From: an uncultured Chloroflexia bacterium
GTDB lineage: Bacteria > Chloroflexota > Limnocylindria > Limnocylindrales > CSP1-4
Length of the DNA stretch: 64,000 bases
NCBI GenBank assembly: GCA_963748625.1
Contig: CAVVJT010000003.1
Location: forward strand, 128,001-192,000
Reading direction: 5' to 3'
In this document: piece by piece, positions 10,971 to 20,126 of the stretch
Position numbering within the stretch: the stretch's first letter is position 1
Layout: each line of letters starts with the position of its first letter
Position numbers and translations under genes: made by a program
The notes under the pieces: model-generated
Databases searched by the model: none
What the model was told of the DNA's origin: nothing
What the model saw: the letters and a program-made list of their open reading frames with translations, nothing else

Positions 10971-11129
10971 TGGCGGGCTCCTGGATGGCCGGGGACACCG
11001 GGCGGGCGCCGGGGGTTCCGGAGGGCGTGGACGGCGCGGACGACAAGCGTCGGACCAATCGGGTCCGGGGTCAAGGACCGGTCCCTTCAGGGGAACCAAT
11101 CCAATCGTCTGTGCCGGCCCGACTGGCTC

Positions 11130-11400
11130 CCGGTTCCCGGCTCCCGCTCAGGTTCCCGGCTCCGGCCCGGATGCCCGGCCAGCGCGCGTACGGGCGGGCG
11201 CCCTGCGGTTCCTGCGCGCCAGGCGCGCAGGAATCGATGCTCCCGGGCCCGAGAGGCGCGGAGATGGGCGCTGGGCGCGCAGGAGTGACGGCTCACGCTC
11301 CCGTAGGCGCCCGGCACGTACCGGCGCATGGGCTGGGGCCAGGGCCGGCGGGGCCAGCGGCGAGGGCCAGGCCTGCGCAGGAGCTGGGCGTGGACCGGGA
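11130..11400. repeat. Dispersed palindromic intergenic repeat, copy 1 (REP/REPIN- or MITE-like)
   Basis: Core 11184-11310 closely matches 23075-23201. Contains a 12-bp inverted repeat TTCCTGCGCGCC-A-GGCGCGCAGGAA at 11209-11233. Confidence 0.8.
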
Positions 11401-11406
11401 GCGGAC

Positions 11407-11463
11407 CCGGCCGCCCGTCAGCACACCGGCCAGCCGTCAGCACACCGGCCAGCCGTCGGCACG
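11407..11463. repeat. 19-bp tandem repeat x3
   Basis: CCGGCCGCCCGTCAGCACA / CCGGCCAGCCGTCAGCACA / CCGGCCAGCCGTCGGCACG. Confidence 0.85.
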
Positions 11464-11540
11464 CCGGGCACAGGCCGCCGGGCGCGGCACGGCCCGCCAC
11501 GCGCACGAGGGCCAGCACGCGACGTTGGGATGCTTCCCCG

Positions 11541-12206
11541 TCAGGCGTCCGCCTCGAGGTAGGCCAGGACCGCGAGGACCCGCCGGTGGTCCGTCTTCCC
11601 GTCGGGCAGGTCCAGCTTGCCGATGATGCTGCTGATGTGCTTCTCGGCGGCGCCCTCGGTGATGGAGAGTGCGGAGGCGATGCCGGCGTTGGTGCGCCCC
11701 TCGGCCATGATCGCGAGGACTTCCCGTTCGCGCGGGGTCAGGCCGGCGAGGCGGTCGTCGCGCCTGCGGCGGACCATGAGCTGGGCGACGACCTCGGGAT
11801 CAAGGGCGGTGCCGCCCGCGGCGACCCGGCGCAGGGCGTCGAGGAAGTCCCGGACATCGGCAACGCGGTCCTTGAGCAGGTAGCCGACGCCGCCTGCCCG
11901 GTCCGCGAGCAGCTCGCTCGCATACTGGCGCTCCACGTATTGCGACAGCACCAGGATCGGCGTACCGGGCACCAGGCGCCTCGCCTCCAGCGATGCCCGC
12001 AGGCCCTCGTCGCGCTGCGTCGGCGGCATCCGGACGTCCACCACGGACACGTCGGGCCGGAGCTCCCCCACCGCAGCGACGAAGGACGGCCCGTCGCCCA
12101 CCTTGGCCAGCACGGTTCCGCCCGACTCCTCGATCAGGCGAGCGAGACCCTCGCGCAGCAGGACCGAGTCCTCCGCGATCACCACCCGCAGCGTGAAGCC
12201 GTCCAT
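11541..12206 (-). CDS. NarL/LuxR-family response regulator
   Basis: RVVIAEDSVLLREG and VVDVRMPP receiver motifs, plus LTPREREVLAIMAEGRTNAGIA HTH. Confidence 0.95.
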   Translation of the reverse strand: MDGFTLRVVIAEDSVLLREGLARLIEESGGTVLAKVGDGPSFVAAVGELRPDVSVVDVRMPPTQRDEGLRASLEARRLVPGTPILVLSQYVERQYASELLADRAGGVGYLLKDRVADVRDFLDALRRVAAGGTALDPEVVAQLMVRRRRDDRLAGLTPREREVLAIMAEGRTNAGIASALSITEGAAEKHISSIIGKLDLPDGKTDHRRVLAVLAYLEADA

Positions 12207-12249
12207 GCGTCGATCATGCCGCATCCCGCGGCCGTCCGGGCGGCCCGGG

Positions 12250-12267
12250 GGTGGGGCTAGCACCACC
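12250..12267. promoter_or_regulatory. Imperfect 18-bp palindrome, probable response-regulator operator
   Basis: GGTGGGGCTAGCACCACC (16/18 self-complementary) between the divergent regulator and kinase genes. Confidence 0.55.
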
Positions 12268-12352
12268 ACGCGAACGCCCGCCTCCCGGCTGGTGCGCCGC
12301 CCGCGCGGCCCGTACGGTCAGGGCACGAACGACCACTCCCGAGGACACTGCC

Positions 12353-13858
12353 ATGACTGCCGACGAGACGACGCCCTTCTCCGCCCCGCTCGCGGGCCAG
12401 GCACCCGAGCCGGAACCGACGATGGTAGGGTCGGCACCGATGGCTGCCCCGCCCCCTCCTGCCGCTCCGTCGACCGGCATGCAGCAGGCACCCGCCCTGC
12501 CGCAGCCCCAGCCTGCGCCCGACGCCGGGCGGCACGCGCGACACCCGGTCGTCGCGTTCCTGCGCTCGCCGATCGAGGCCGCCTCGTGGTGGGCGCTGCT
12601 CGCGACACTGCTCGGGTTCCTGGTCGCGGTCACGTCGTTCACGGTCGTCACGACGCTGTTCTCCACGGGCGGCTCCCTGCTGTTCCTGCTCGTGGGCATC
12701 CCGGTGATCGCCGTCGGCCTGGAGGCTGCGCGCGTGTTCGCCCGTGTCGAGCGCTGGCGGGTCACGCTCGCCGATCCGCGCCCGCTCGCCCCCCACCCCT
12801 ACCGCCCCGTGGACTGGAGCCCGAGCTCGCCATACGGCCCGTGGGTCCGGCAGTGGGCCGAGGGCACCTTCCTCGATGCCTCCCGCTGGCTCGACGTCGC
12901 CTACGCGGTGGTCGCACTCCCACTGGCGTTGGTGGAGCTCCTCCTCGTGACGGTCCTCTGGACGCTGTCGCTGGGGCTCATCGTGGCGCCCGCCGTCTTC
13001 GCCGTCTTCGCCTGGGCCGGCTTCGAGCCAGTCATCTACCCGGGGTCGATGCGGCTCGGGACGCCCGTGGCGCTGGGCATCACCTTCGCGATCGGCCTCG
13101 TCCTCCTGCCGGTGGCGGCCTCGATCACCCGCGGCCTCGCGATCCTCCACCGCGCCGTCGTCCAGGGCCTCCTGTGCGTCGATCCGAACGAGGCGCTGCG
13201 GCGTGACGTTGCGCGCCTGCGCGTCAGCCGGTCGGCCGCCCTCGAGCTCGAGGCGAGCGAGCTGCGCCGCATCGAGCGCGACATCCACGACGGTGCCCAG
13301 CAGCGGCTGGTCAAGCTGGCGATCGACCTCTCCCTCGCCGAGGAGAAGATCGCCACGGATCCGGATGGCGCACGAGCCCTCGTGGTGGAGTCGCGCGACC
13401 AGGCCCGCCAGGCCCTGGCCGAGCTGCGCGAGGTCGTGCGCGGCGCTGCCCCGGCCATCCTGCAGGACCGCGGGCTCACTGCCGCGCTGTCGGCGGTCGC
13501 CGGTCGGACCCCGGTGCCCACATTCGTGGACAGTGGCCTCGCCGCCAACCAGCGGCTGCCGCACGCGGTGGAGCGCGCCGCCTACTACGTGGTCACCGAG
13601 GCGCTCGCGAACGTGGCCAAGCACGCGGACGCCACCCGCTGCGATGTCCTGATGCGCATGGTCCCGGGCTATCTCCTGGTGGAGATCCGGGACAACGGCC
13701 GTGGCGCAGCGGCGGTCGTGCCGGGTGGTGGCCTGGCCGGCCTGCGGGACCGGGTGGAGGCACTCGATGGACGCCTTGACCTCGCGAGCCCGGTGGGCGG
13801 CCCGACCATGATCCGCGCGTGGCTCCCCGTGCCCGCCTACCCTGCCGAACCCGCCTGA
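12353..13858 (+). CDS. Membrane sensor histidine kinase (HisKA_3 type)
   Basis: TM sensor region, ELRRIERDIHDGAQQRL (phospho-His), EALANVAKHA and DNGRG...GGGLAGL. Confidence 0.93.
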   Translation: MTADETTPFSAPLAGQAPEPEPTMVGSAPMAAPPPPAAPSTGMQQAPALPQPQPAPDAGRHARHPVVAFLRSPIEAASWWALLATLLGFLVAVTSFTVVTTLFSTGGSLLFLLVGIPVIAVGLEAARVFARVERWRVTLADPRPLAPHPYRPVDWSPSSPYGPWVRQWAEGTFLDASRWLDVAYAVVALPLALVELLLVTVLWTLSLGLIVAPAVFAVFAWAGFEPVIYPGSMRLGTPVALGITFAIGLVLLPVAASITRGLAILHRAVVQGLLCVDPNEALRRDVARLRVSRSAALELEASELRRIERDIHDGAQQRLVKLAIDLSLAEEKIATDPDGARALVVESRDQARQALAELREVVRGAAPAILQDRGLTAALSAVAGRTPVPTFVDSGLAANQRLPHAVERAAYYVVTEALANVAKHADATRCDVLMRMVPGYLLVEIRDNGRGAAAVVPGGGLAGLRDRVEALDGRLDLASPVGGPTMIRAWLPVPAYPAEPA

Positions 13859-13902
13859 CCCCTTCCCGCCACGGTCCCGCCTGGCGCCGGCCTGCTACCA
13901 TG

Positions 13903-13916
13903 CGAACAGACGTTCG
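13903..13916. promoter_or_regulatory. LexA (SOS) box
   Basis: CGAAC-AGAC-GTTCG, just downstream of an extended -10 (TGC-TACCAT, 13893-13901) and upstream of RBS GGAG. Confidence 0.8.
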
Positions 13917-13934
13917 ATATGGAGTGACAACGGC

Positions 13935-14135
13935 ATGGCGGACTGGATCGTGGCGATCTCGACGGACCCCAGGCGGTTCCCGGTGGTGGACCACCGCCAC
14001 CCCAACGGCACGCTGCGCGCCGTTCGCGAACGGACCCCGCGCGTGACCGCGGACGCGGTCGGCCGGCGGCTGGAGACCTGGGCGTATGCGTGCGCCTGCG
14101 GTGACATCTACGTGTGGGAGCGGCGCGCGGCCTGA
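13935..14135 (+). CDS. Small hypothetical protein (66 aa; HxH and CxC motifs), probably SOS-regulated
   Basis: Has its own -10, LexA box and RBS. Sequence ...DHRHPNG...YACACGDIYVW. Confidence 0.7.
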   Translation: MADWIVAISTDPRRFPVVDHRHPNGTLRAVRERTPRVTADAVGRRLETWAYACACGDIYVWERRAA

Positions 14136-14194
14136 CCCCCGGCAAGCCAGATCGGCCGACCGGTCAGCGGGCGGAGCCGCTTGAGGGCCGCCCG

Positions 14195-15418
14195 TCAGGG
14201 CGCGGAGCCGCTTGCCCGGAAGCGCTCCATGAGCTCCGTATAGCCGGGCAGGCCCCGTTCGTACCCGATGGCCCAGAAGCCGGCCCCGGCCAGCCCTCGA
14301 TCATCCACGAGGGCGAGCTTGGCCTCGAGGGTCGCCGGGGAGTCAACATAGATCGCCTCCCACGTCCGATCCGGCGCGTCTCCGCTCGCCGCGGGATCCA
14401 CCGAGGGCGCCCCGACCGTCCCGTCGGACCCGAGCAGGTACACCTCGACCTGCTCCACCTCGTCGCGCACCGGCGTGGCGGCAGGGTCCGTGAGCAGGTC
14501 CACGTGCCGGCGCAGGATCCACGCCTCACCGCGTCCGGTGCTGGGCGCGCCGACAACGGGGCCGGCCACGGGCCAGGTGACCCCGTACAACGGCAGGCCC
14601 AGGAGCGTCCGCTCGGGCGGGACCCCCAGGGCCTGGTACAGGTCGAGCGAGCTGCGCAGGGACGGTGAGCCCCCGTCGCCCCGGTCGAGCGGTGAGCTCG
14701 CCCCGGGGTTGGAGCGGCCCGTCCGGTAGTCGTAGCCCATCAGGAAGATCCGGTCCGCCCCGGCATTGGCGGCTGCGACCGCCATCCCCGCCCCGAGCGT
14801 GCCGGCTCCCGTGGCGGCGGAGACCTGGTCGTCGGGGTCGGCGGCCACCACGGCCGCGCGCACATCCGCCACGAAGGCGCCGAATGCCGGCACGAGCTCG
14901 GGATCGAGCGCCTCCACATCCACGTTGATCCCGTCGAGCCCCAGCTCCTCGACGAGCGCCACCAGGGCGGTGATCACCGTCGCCTGCAGCGTCCTGCTCT
15001 CGAGGAGCTTGCGGTTGCGGCTGCCGCCGAAGCTCGTGTAGACGAGCTCCACGCGGACGCCGCGGGCATGGGCGTCGGCGATGATGCGGCGGCCCGTGTC
15101 GCCGGTGATCGCGAGGTAGCCCTTCGTCTCGCGCAGCGCTCCCTTGGGCGTGTGCGTGACGCTGAACAGGCCGAGCGTCGTGAGCGGCGTGCGCTCGAGG
15201 TGGGCGGCCATGGTGTCGTCCATCTCCCAGTACGGCACGTAGCCGTAGAGCTCGTGGCCTGACGGAGGCGGCGCACCCGTGGCGGGAGCACCGGTCACCC
15301 CGGCATCGGGCGAGGGCGCCCCGTTCGTCGCCGACGGGGACGGCGCATCGCCGCAGGCAGCGACAAGGAGTGCGGCCGAAAGGGCCAGCAGAAGAGCTCG
15401 GGGGAAGGAGGGAGTCAC
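14195..15418 (-). CDS. Glycoside hydrolase family 18 lipoprotein
   Basis: Lipobox LVAAC, LDGINVDVE, FLMGYDY and GAGFWAIGYE motifs. Confidence 0.88.
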   Translation of the reverse strand: MTPSFPRALLLALSAALLVAACGDAPSPSATNGAPSPDAGVTGAPATGAPPPSGHELYGYVPYWEMDDTMAAHLERTPLTTLGLFSVTHTPKGALRETKGYLAITGDTGRRIIADAHARGVRVELVYTSFGGSRNRKLLESRTLQATVITALVALVEELGLDGINVDVEALDPELVPAFGAFVADVRAAVVAADPDDQVSAATGAGTLGAGMAVAAANAGADRIFLMGYDYRTGRSNPGASSPLDRGDGGSPSLRSSLDLYQALGVPPERTLLGLPLYGVTWPVAGPVVGAPSTGRGEAWILRRHVDLLTDPAATPVRDEVEQVEVYLLGSDGTVGAPSVDPAASGDAPDRTWEAIYVDSPATLEAKLALVDDRGLAGAGFWAIGYERGLPGYTELMERFRASGSAP

Positions 15419-15516
15419 AGCCAGAGGGTGACCCTGATGGCCGCGATGGTCAAACGCGCCGTTCGCCAGTGCCAGGCCGCGACGCAGCTTCCGGGCAGGG
15501 ACCTGCGCGCACGCAC

Positions 15517-17337
15517 CTACCCCGCAAGGGCCTCAGCGGCCTCGAACTGCAGCCGGTAGAGCCGCGCATACAGCCCGTCGCGGGCCAGCAGCTCCTCGTG
15601 CGGACCGGTCTCCACGAGCCAGCCGTCGTCGAGGACCGCGATCCTGCCGGCGGTCCGGATCGTCGAGAGCCTGTGCGCGACGATGATCGTGGTGCGCCCC
15701 ACCTGCAGCCGGTCGAGGGCGTCCTGGACCAGGCGCTCCGACTCGTTGTCCAGCGAGCTCGTCGCCTCGTCGAGCAGGAGGATCGGCGGATCCTTGAGGA
15801 TCGCCCGGGCGATGGCGATGCGCTGGCGCTGCCCGCCCGAGAGCCGTGATCCACGGTCGCCCACGACGGTGTCATACCCCTCCGGCTGGGCGCTGATGAA
15901 GTCGTGCGCGTTGGCGGCCCGCGCCGCCGCCTCGATCTCGTCCTGCGTGGCACCCAGGCGCCCGTACCGGATGTTGTCGCGGATCGTGCCGCCGAAGAGC
16001 GTCGCCTCCTGCGGCACCAGGCCGATCTGGCCACGCAGGCTCGCGGTGGTGACGTTCCGGATGTCGTGACCGTCGACGAGGATCCGCCCGTGCGTCGCAT
16101 CCCACAGCCTCGGCAGCAGGGCGACAAGCGTGGTCTTCCCCGAGCCGGACGGGCCCACGAGCGCGATCACCTCGCCCGGCGCGATGTCCAGGCTCACGTC
16201 GCGCAGGACGTCGCGGTCGGGCCGGTACTTGAAGGACACGTGCTCGAGCGTGATCCGGCCGGCCAGCGGGCCGAGCTCACGTGCGTCCGGCGCGTCCAGC
16301 ACCGTCGGCTCCGTGTCGAGGATCTCGAAGACGCGGGTCACAGCGCCCGTCCCCTCGCGGAACTGGCCGTACAGGCTCGCGATCGTCGCCAGGCTGCCGC
16401 CGATCGTGACCCCGTACAGCAGGAACCCGGTCAGGGTGCCGATCGCCAGCGTCCCGTCGATCACCTGGTGCCCCGTGTACCAGAGCAGCACGATGATCGC
16501 GCCGAAGCCCAGGAAGCCCATCACTCCGCCGAAGCCCGCGCGCCAGAGGGCGAGCCTCGACCCCTGGTCCACGACCCCCGCGAGGTCGGAGGCGTAGCGG
16601 TCCGTCTCGAACCCCTCGCGCACATAGCTCTTCACGACCCGGATCCCACCGAGGGCCTCCTCGGCCGTGACGGTGCTGTGGGCGATCGCGTCCTGGACCT
16701 GGGTGCTGACGCGCTGCAGCGGCCGGCCGAAGACGATCGCGACGGCGATCAGCGCGGGTGCCAGCAGGAGCGCGATCAGGAGCAGCGACGGGCTCAGGGT
16801 GAACAGGATGATCACCGAGCCCACCAGGCCGATCAGCGACGAGAGTAGCTGCGTCGTGGTCTGCGTGAGCATCGTGCGCACGAGGGTCACGTCGCTCGAG
16901 AGGCGCGACACGAGCTCGCCCAGCCGGGTGGCGCTGTGGAAGTCGAGCGACAGGGTCACCAGGCGCTCGAACAGCTCGGCGCGCAGCCGGGCGACGACAC
17001 GCTCGCCGACGACGCCCAGCATCCAGGTCTGGATGAACCCGCCGAGGGACTGCGCGAGGAACAGGACCACGAGGCCGGCCACGAGCCGGTCAAGGCCTGC
17101 CGCATCCCCGCCGGAGACGACCTCGCTCACCAGCCCCGCCACGACCAGCGGCACCAGCAGCGCGAGCCCGGACCCGATGACCAGCCCGACGAGCGCGAGC
17201 GAGAACCTCGGCAGCTCGGGGCGCAGGTAGGCGAAGAGGCGGCGCCACGGGACCCCGGTGACCGTGCGCACACGGCCGCGCACGCCTGCCGCCGGGATGG
17301 GCGTCACCGCGGGCAGATCGAGCTGCGGGTCCTCCAT
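15517..17337 (-). CDS. ABC exporter, fused permease/ATPase (MsbA-like)
   Basis: TM domain followed by GPSGSGKT, LSGGQRQRIAIAR and LLLDEATSSLD. Confidence 0.93.
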   Translation of the reverse strand: MEDPQLDLPAVTPIPAAGVRGRVRTVTGVPWRRLFAYLRPELPRFSLALVGLVIGSGLALLVPLVVAGLVSEVVSGGDAAGLDRLVAGLVVLFLAQSLGGFIQTWMLGVVGERVVARLRAELFERLVTLSLDFHSATRLGELVSRLSSDVTLVRTMLTQTTTQLLSSLIGLVGSVIILFTLSPSLLLIALLLAPALIAVAIVFGRPLQRVSTQVQDAIAHSTVTAEEALGGIRVVKSYVREGFETDRYASDLAGVVDQGSRLALWRAGFGGVMGFLGFGAIIVLLWYTGHQVIDGTLAIGTLTGFLLYGVTIGGSLATIASLYGQFREGTGAVTRVFEILDTEPTVLDAPDARELGPLAGRITLEHVSFKYRPDRDVLRDVSLDIAPGEVIALVGPSGSGKTTLVALLPRLWDATHGRILVDGHDIRNVTTASLRGQIGLVPQEATLFGGTIRDNIRYGRLGATQDEIEAAARAANAHDFISAQPEGYDTVVGDRGSRLSGGQRQRIAIARAILKDPPILLLDEATSSLDNESERLVQDALDRLQVGRTTIIVAHRLSTIRTAGRIAVLDDGWLVETGPHEELLARDGLYARLYRLQFEAAEALAG

Positions 17338-17472
17338 CGCCCGATGATGCCATGGGCGGCGCTCGCACCCGTCCGCCACCGCTTGCCGGGGGGTCCGGTG
17401 TCTGGGATGCTGCGCGCCACCCCCGGAGGGTGACGAGGCCGGCTGTCCAGACCGGCGCGAACGGAGAGACGC

Positions 17473-17883
17473 ATGACCGCCATCGATGCCGCAGGCGTTC
17501 CGATCCTCGCGGTCCTCAAGGAGAAGGATCGCGCCAGCGTGCTCGAGACCGCGCGCCAGCGGACGTGGGAGGCCGACGCCGTGGTGGTCCGCGAGGGCGA
17601 CAGCTCCCTCAACCTGTTCATCGTGCTCGACGGGTGCGCCCGCGTGGAGCGCGAGGGTGCCGGCAGGATCGGCGAGCTCCGGGCCGGGGACTTCTTCGGC
17701 GAGATCGGCCTGGTCGAGCAGCATGCCCGGATGGCGACGGTCATCGCGCAGGAGCGCCTCACCTGCCTCCTGCTGCCGGCATGGGAGTTCCGCACCCTGT
17801 TGCGCGAGCACCCGGAGATGGCGATCCCGATGCTCGAGGCGTTGATCCGGCGCGCGCACGACCGCGACGCGCACCAGCACTAG
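17473..17883 (+). CDS. Single-domain cyclic nucleotide-binding protein
   Basis: VVREGDSS, LFIVLDG and GDFFGEIGLV...RMATV motifs, with RBS GGAGA. Confidence 0.88.
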   Translation: MTAIDAAGVPILAVLKEKDRASVLETARQRTWEADAVVVREGDSSLNLFIVLDGCARVEREGAGRIGELRAGDFFGEIGLVEQHARMATVIAQERLTCLLLPAWEFRTLLREHPEMAIPMLEALIRRAHDRDAHQH

Positions 17884-17939
17884 GCCGGTCGGCTACGCTT
17901 GCGCTCCATCGCCTGCTTGCGTCCCCCAGGGAGGCCGAA

Positions 17940-19019
17940 ATGCCCGAGCCGCGCGTCCTGATCCTGGTCGGCACCCCCAAGGGCGCCTTCATCCTCGATG
18001 GCAAACCCGCCCGCGATGCCTGGCGTATCCGGGGGCCGCTGTGCGAGGGCTGGCCGGTCCACGACATCTCGGCGGACGCCGACGGCACGCTCTACGCCGC
18101 CGCCGGGAGCCCGTGGTTCGGGCCGGCCGTCTTCCGCTCGGACGACCTGGGCGCCACCTGGACGCACTCCAGCGAGGGACTGACCTACGGCGATGACGGC
18201 CCGCCCGTCAAGACCGTGTGGAGCGTCACGGCGGGCCTCGACGGGATCTACGCGGGCGTGGAGCCCGCCGGCCTCTTCCGCAGCACTGACCGCGGCGCCA
18301 CCTGGCAGCACGTGACCGGGCTGACCGAACACCCCAGCCGCCCCGAGTGGATGCCCGGTGCGGGTGGGCTCATCCTGCACACCATCGTCCCCCACCCGTC
18401 GGACCCCGCCCGGATGTGGGTGGGCATCAGCTCGGTCGGCGTGTTCGAGACGCGCGACGGCGGCGCCAGCTGGCACACCCGCAACACGGGCGTCCGCGCG
18501 GAGTTCAACCCGGAGAACCGCTTTCCCGAGTACGGCCTGTGCGTCCACAAGCTGGTCATCGCGGCGGACAGCGGCGAGCGCCTCTTCCAGCAGAACCACT
18601 GCGGCGTCTACCGCTCCGACGACGGGGGCGCCACCTGGCTGGACCTGACGCCCAACGGCCTGCCGGGCGACTTCGGCTTCGTGGCCGGCGCCCACCCCCG
18701 CAACCCCGACGCCTTCTGGATCATTCCGCTCACGGAGCCGGAAGGGGGCCGGATGATGCACGACGGTGCGGCGGCCGTCTGGCGGACGACCGATGCCGGC
18801 GCCACCTGGAGCCGTGAGGCCGCCGGTCTCCCGCAGGAGCACGCGTACGTGGGCGTCCTGCGCGAGGCGATGGCCGTGGACCGCCTCGACCCTGCCGGGG
18901 TCTACTTCGGCACCAGCACCGGCCAGCTCTACGCGTCCGCGGATGAGGGCGTCACCTGGCGCAGGATCTGGGACAACCTCCCGCCCATCTGGTCCGTGGA
19001 GGCGCTTGTCGTTGGCTGA
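17940..19019 (+). CDS. BNR/Asp-box beta-propeller (sialidase-like) protein
   Basis: Multiple SxDxGxTW Asp-boxes (RSDDLGATW, RSTDRGATW, RSDDGGATW, SADEGVTW). Confidence 0.88.
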   Translation: MPEPRVLILVGTPKGAFILDGKPARDAWRIRGPLCEGWPVHDISADADGTLYAAAGSPWFGPAVFRSDDLGATWTHSSEGLTYGDDGPPVKTVWSVTAGLDGIYAGVEPAGLFRSTDRGATWQHVTGLTEHPSRPEWMPGAGGLILHTIVPHPSDPARMWVGISSVGVFETRDGGASWHTRNTGVRAEFNPENRFPEYGLCVHKLVIAADSGERLFQQNHCGVYRSDDGGATWLDLTPNGLPGDFGFVAGAHPRNPDAFWIIPLTEPEGGRMMHDGAAAVWRTTDAGATWSREAAGLPQEHAYVGVLREAMAVDRLDPAGVYFGTSTGQLYASADEGVTWRRIWDNLPPIWSVEALVVG

Positions 19020-19300
19020 GCCCGACCCGGGGGCGCCCGCGGTCGTCCACGTGCCGCGCTCGCTGGTCGCGCTGTTCCCGGGCGCCGACCGGGTCATGCC
19101 CGTCGAGGGCCGCACCGTGCTCGAGGTCGTCCGCGCGCTCGATGCTCGCGTGCCCGGACTTCGCGAACCGGGTGCTGGACGCGGGTCCGGTGATCCGCAC
19201 CCACCTCAACGTCTTCGTCGCTGGTGACCGCGCCACGCTGGACACGCCGGTTCCGGCCGGTGCCGAGGTCTACATCGTCCCGGCGGTGTCCGGCGGCTGA
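19012..19300 (+). CDS. MoaD/ThiS ubiquitin-like protein (frameshift near 19160)
   Basis: VHVPRSL...VEGRTVLEVVRALD, then a shifted frame RVLDAGPVIRTHLNVFV...IVPAVSGG* with a C-terminal di-Gly. Not present as a single ORF in the track. Confidence 0.8.
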
Positions 19301-19971
19301 CGGCCGCCAAGCAGGTCCGCTGCGTCGTCCACGGAGGCCCGCTGGGCATCGGTCTGCAGGTGCCGCCGGTCGTGCGCGCTCGCGTGCGCGAAACCGTCGA
19401 GGCGATCGCGGATGTCACGCAGGCGGTCCAGCTGGCGGGCCTCCACGGGCAGCCACCACGCTGGTACCGGTCGCCGGTCCATAAGCGCCCCAAGGTGCTC
19501 CAGGCAGAATGGCGCGGCAGCCGTCGCCCCGGCCCACGCCGCGTCGGCGCACAGGGCGACCAGGCCTTCGACCTGGCCCGCATCGGAGACGCGCATGCGC
19601 TCGCAGGCGGGGCACGCGGGCTGGCGGACGGCATCCGACGCCTTGCGGGCACGTCCGCGGCCACCGGCGCTGTGGACCACCTCCAGCTCACGCAGGCGGA
19701 CCGCGAGAGTCGCGCGCAGCAGGATCGAGGCGCCAAGGCCCCCTGATCCCCGTCGCGCGTGCCCGAGGAGGCCCCGGCTGTGCGCGGCGCAGAAGCCCCG
19801 TGCGTCGTCCAGGCGGGTGCGGAAACCCACGTCGAGCACGCTCTCGGCCAGCACCGACTCCAGGTACGCGCGGTCCAGCCTGTCGCGCTCCCGGCACAAC
19901 GGGCAGCCGGGCCTGGCGAACGCGTCGGCGAGGTGGATGTCGGCGCCGGTGCGCACGGGCAGCTGGTGCAT
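19270..19971 (-). CDS. DUF6062-like protein with duplicated CxxC...CxxH Zn-binding motifs
   Basis: GCPLC...GFCAAH...ACPAC...FCLEHL. Confidence 0.7.
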   Translation of the reverse strand: MHQLPVRTGADIHLADAFARPGCPLCRERDRLDRAYLESVLAESVLDVGFRTRLDDARGFCAAHSRGLLGHARRGSGGLGASILLRATLAVRLRELEVVHSAGGRGRARKASDAVRQPACPACERMRVSDAGQVEGLVALCADAAWAGATAAAPFCLEHLGALMDRRPVPAWWLPVEARQLDRLRDIRDRLDGFAHASAHDRRHLQTDAQRASVDDAADLLGGRQPPDTAGTM

Positions 19972-20126
19972 GGGCCAATGGTGGGGCCAGCGGACGCCGT
20001 GCGCCACCGGGTGGGTACCGGTGCGGTGCAGGACCTTCTGGTGATGCCCCACGAAGCGCTCAAGGATGACCATTGCCGTCCCGGTCACCCCTGCCCGGTC
20101 TCCAAGCGTTGCACAGAGGGCACACC

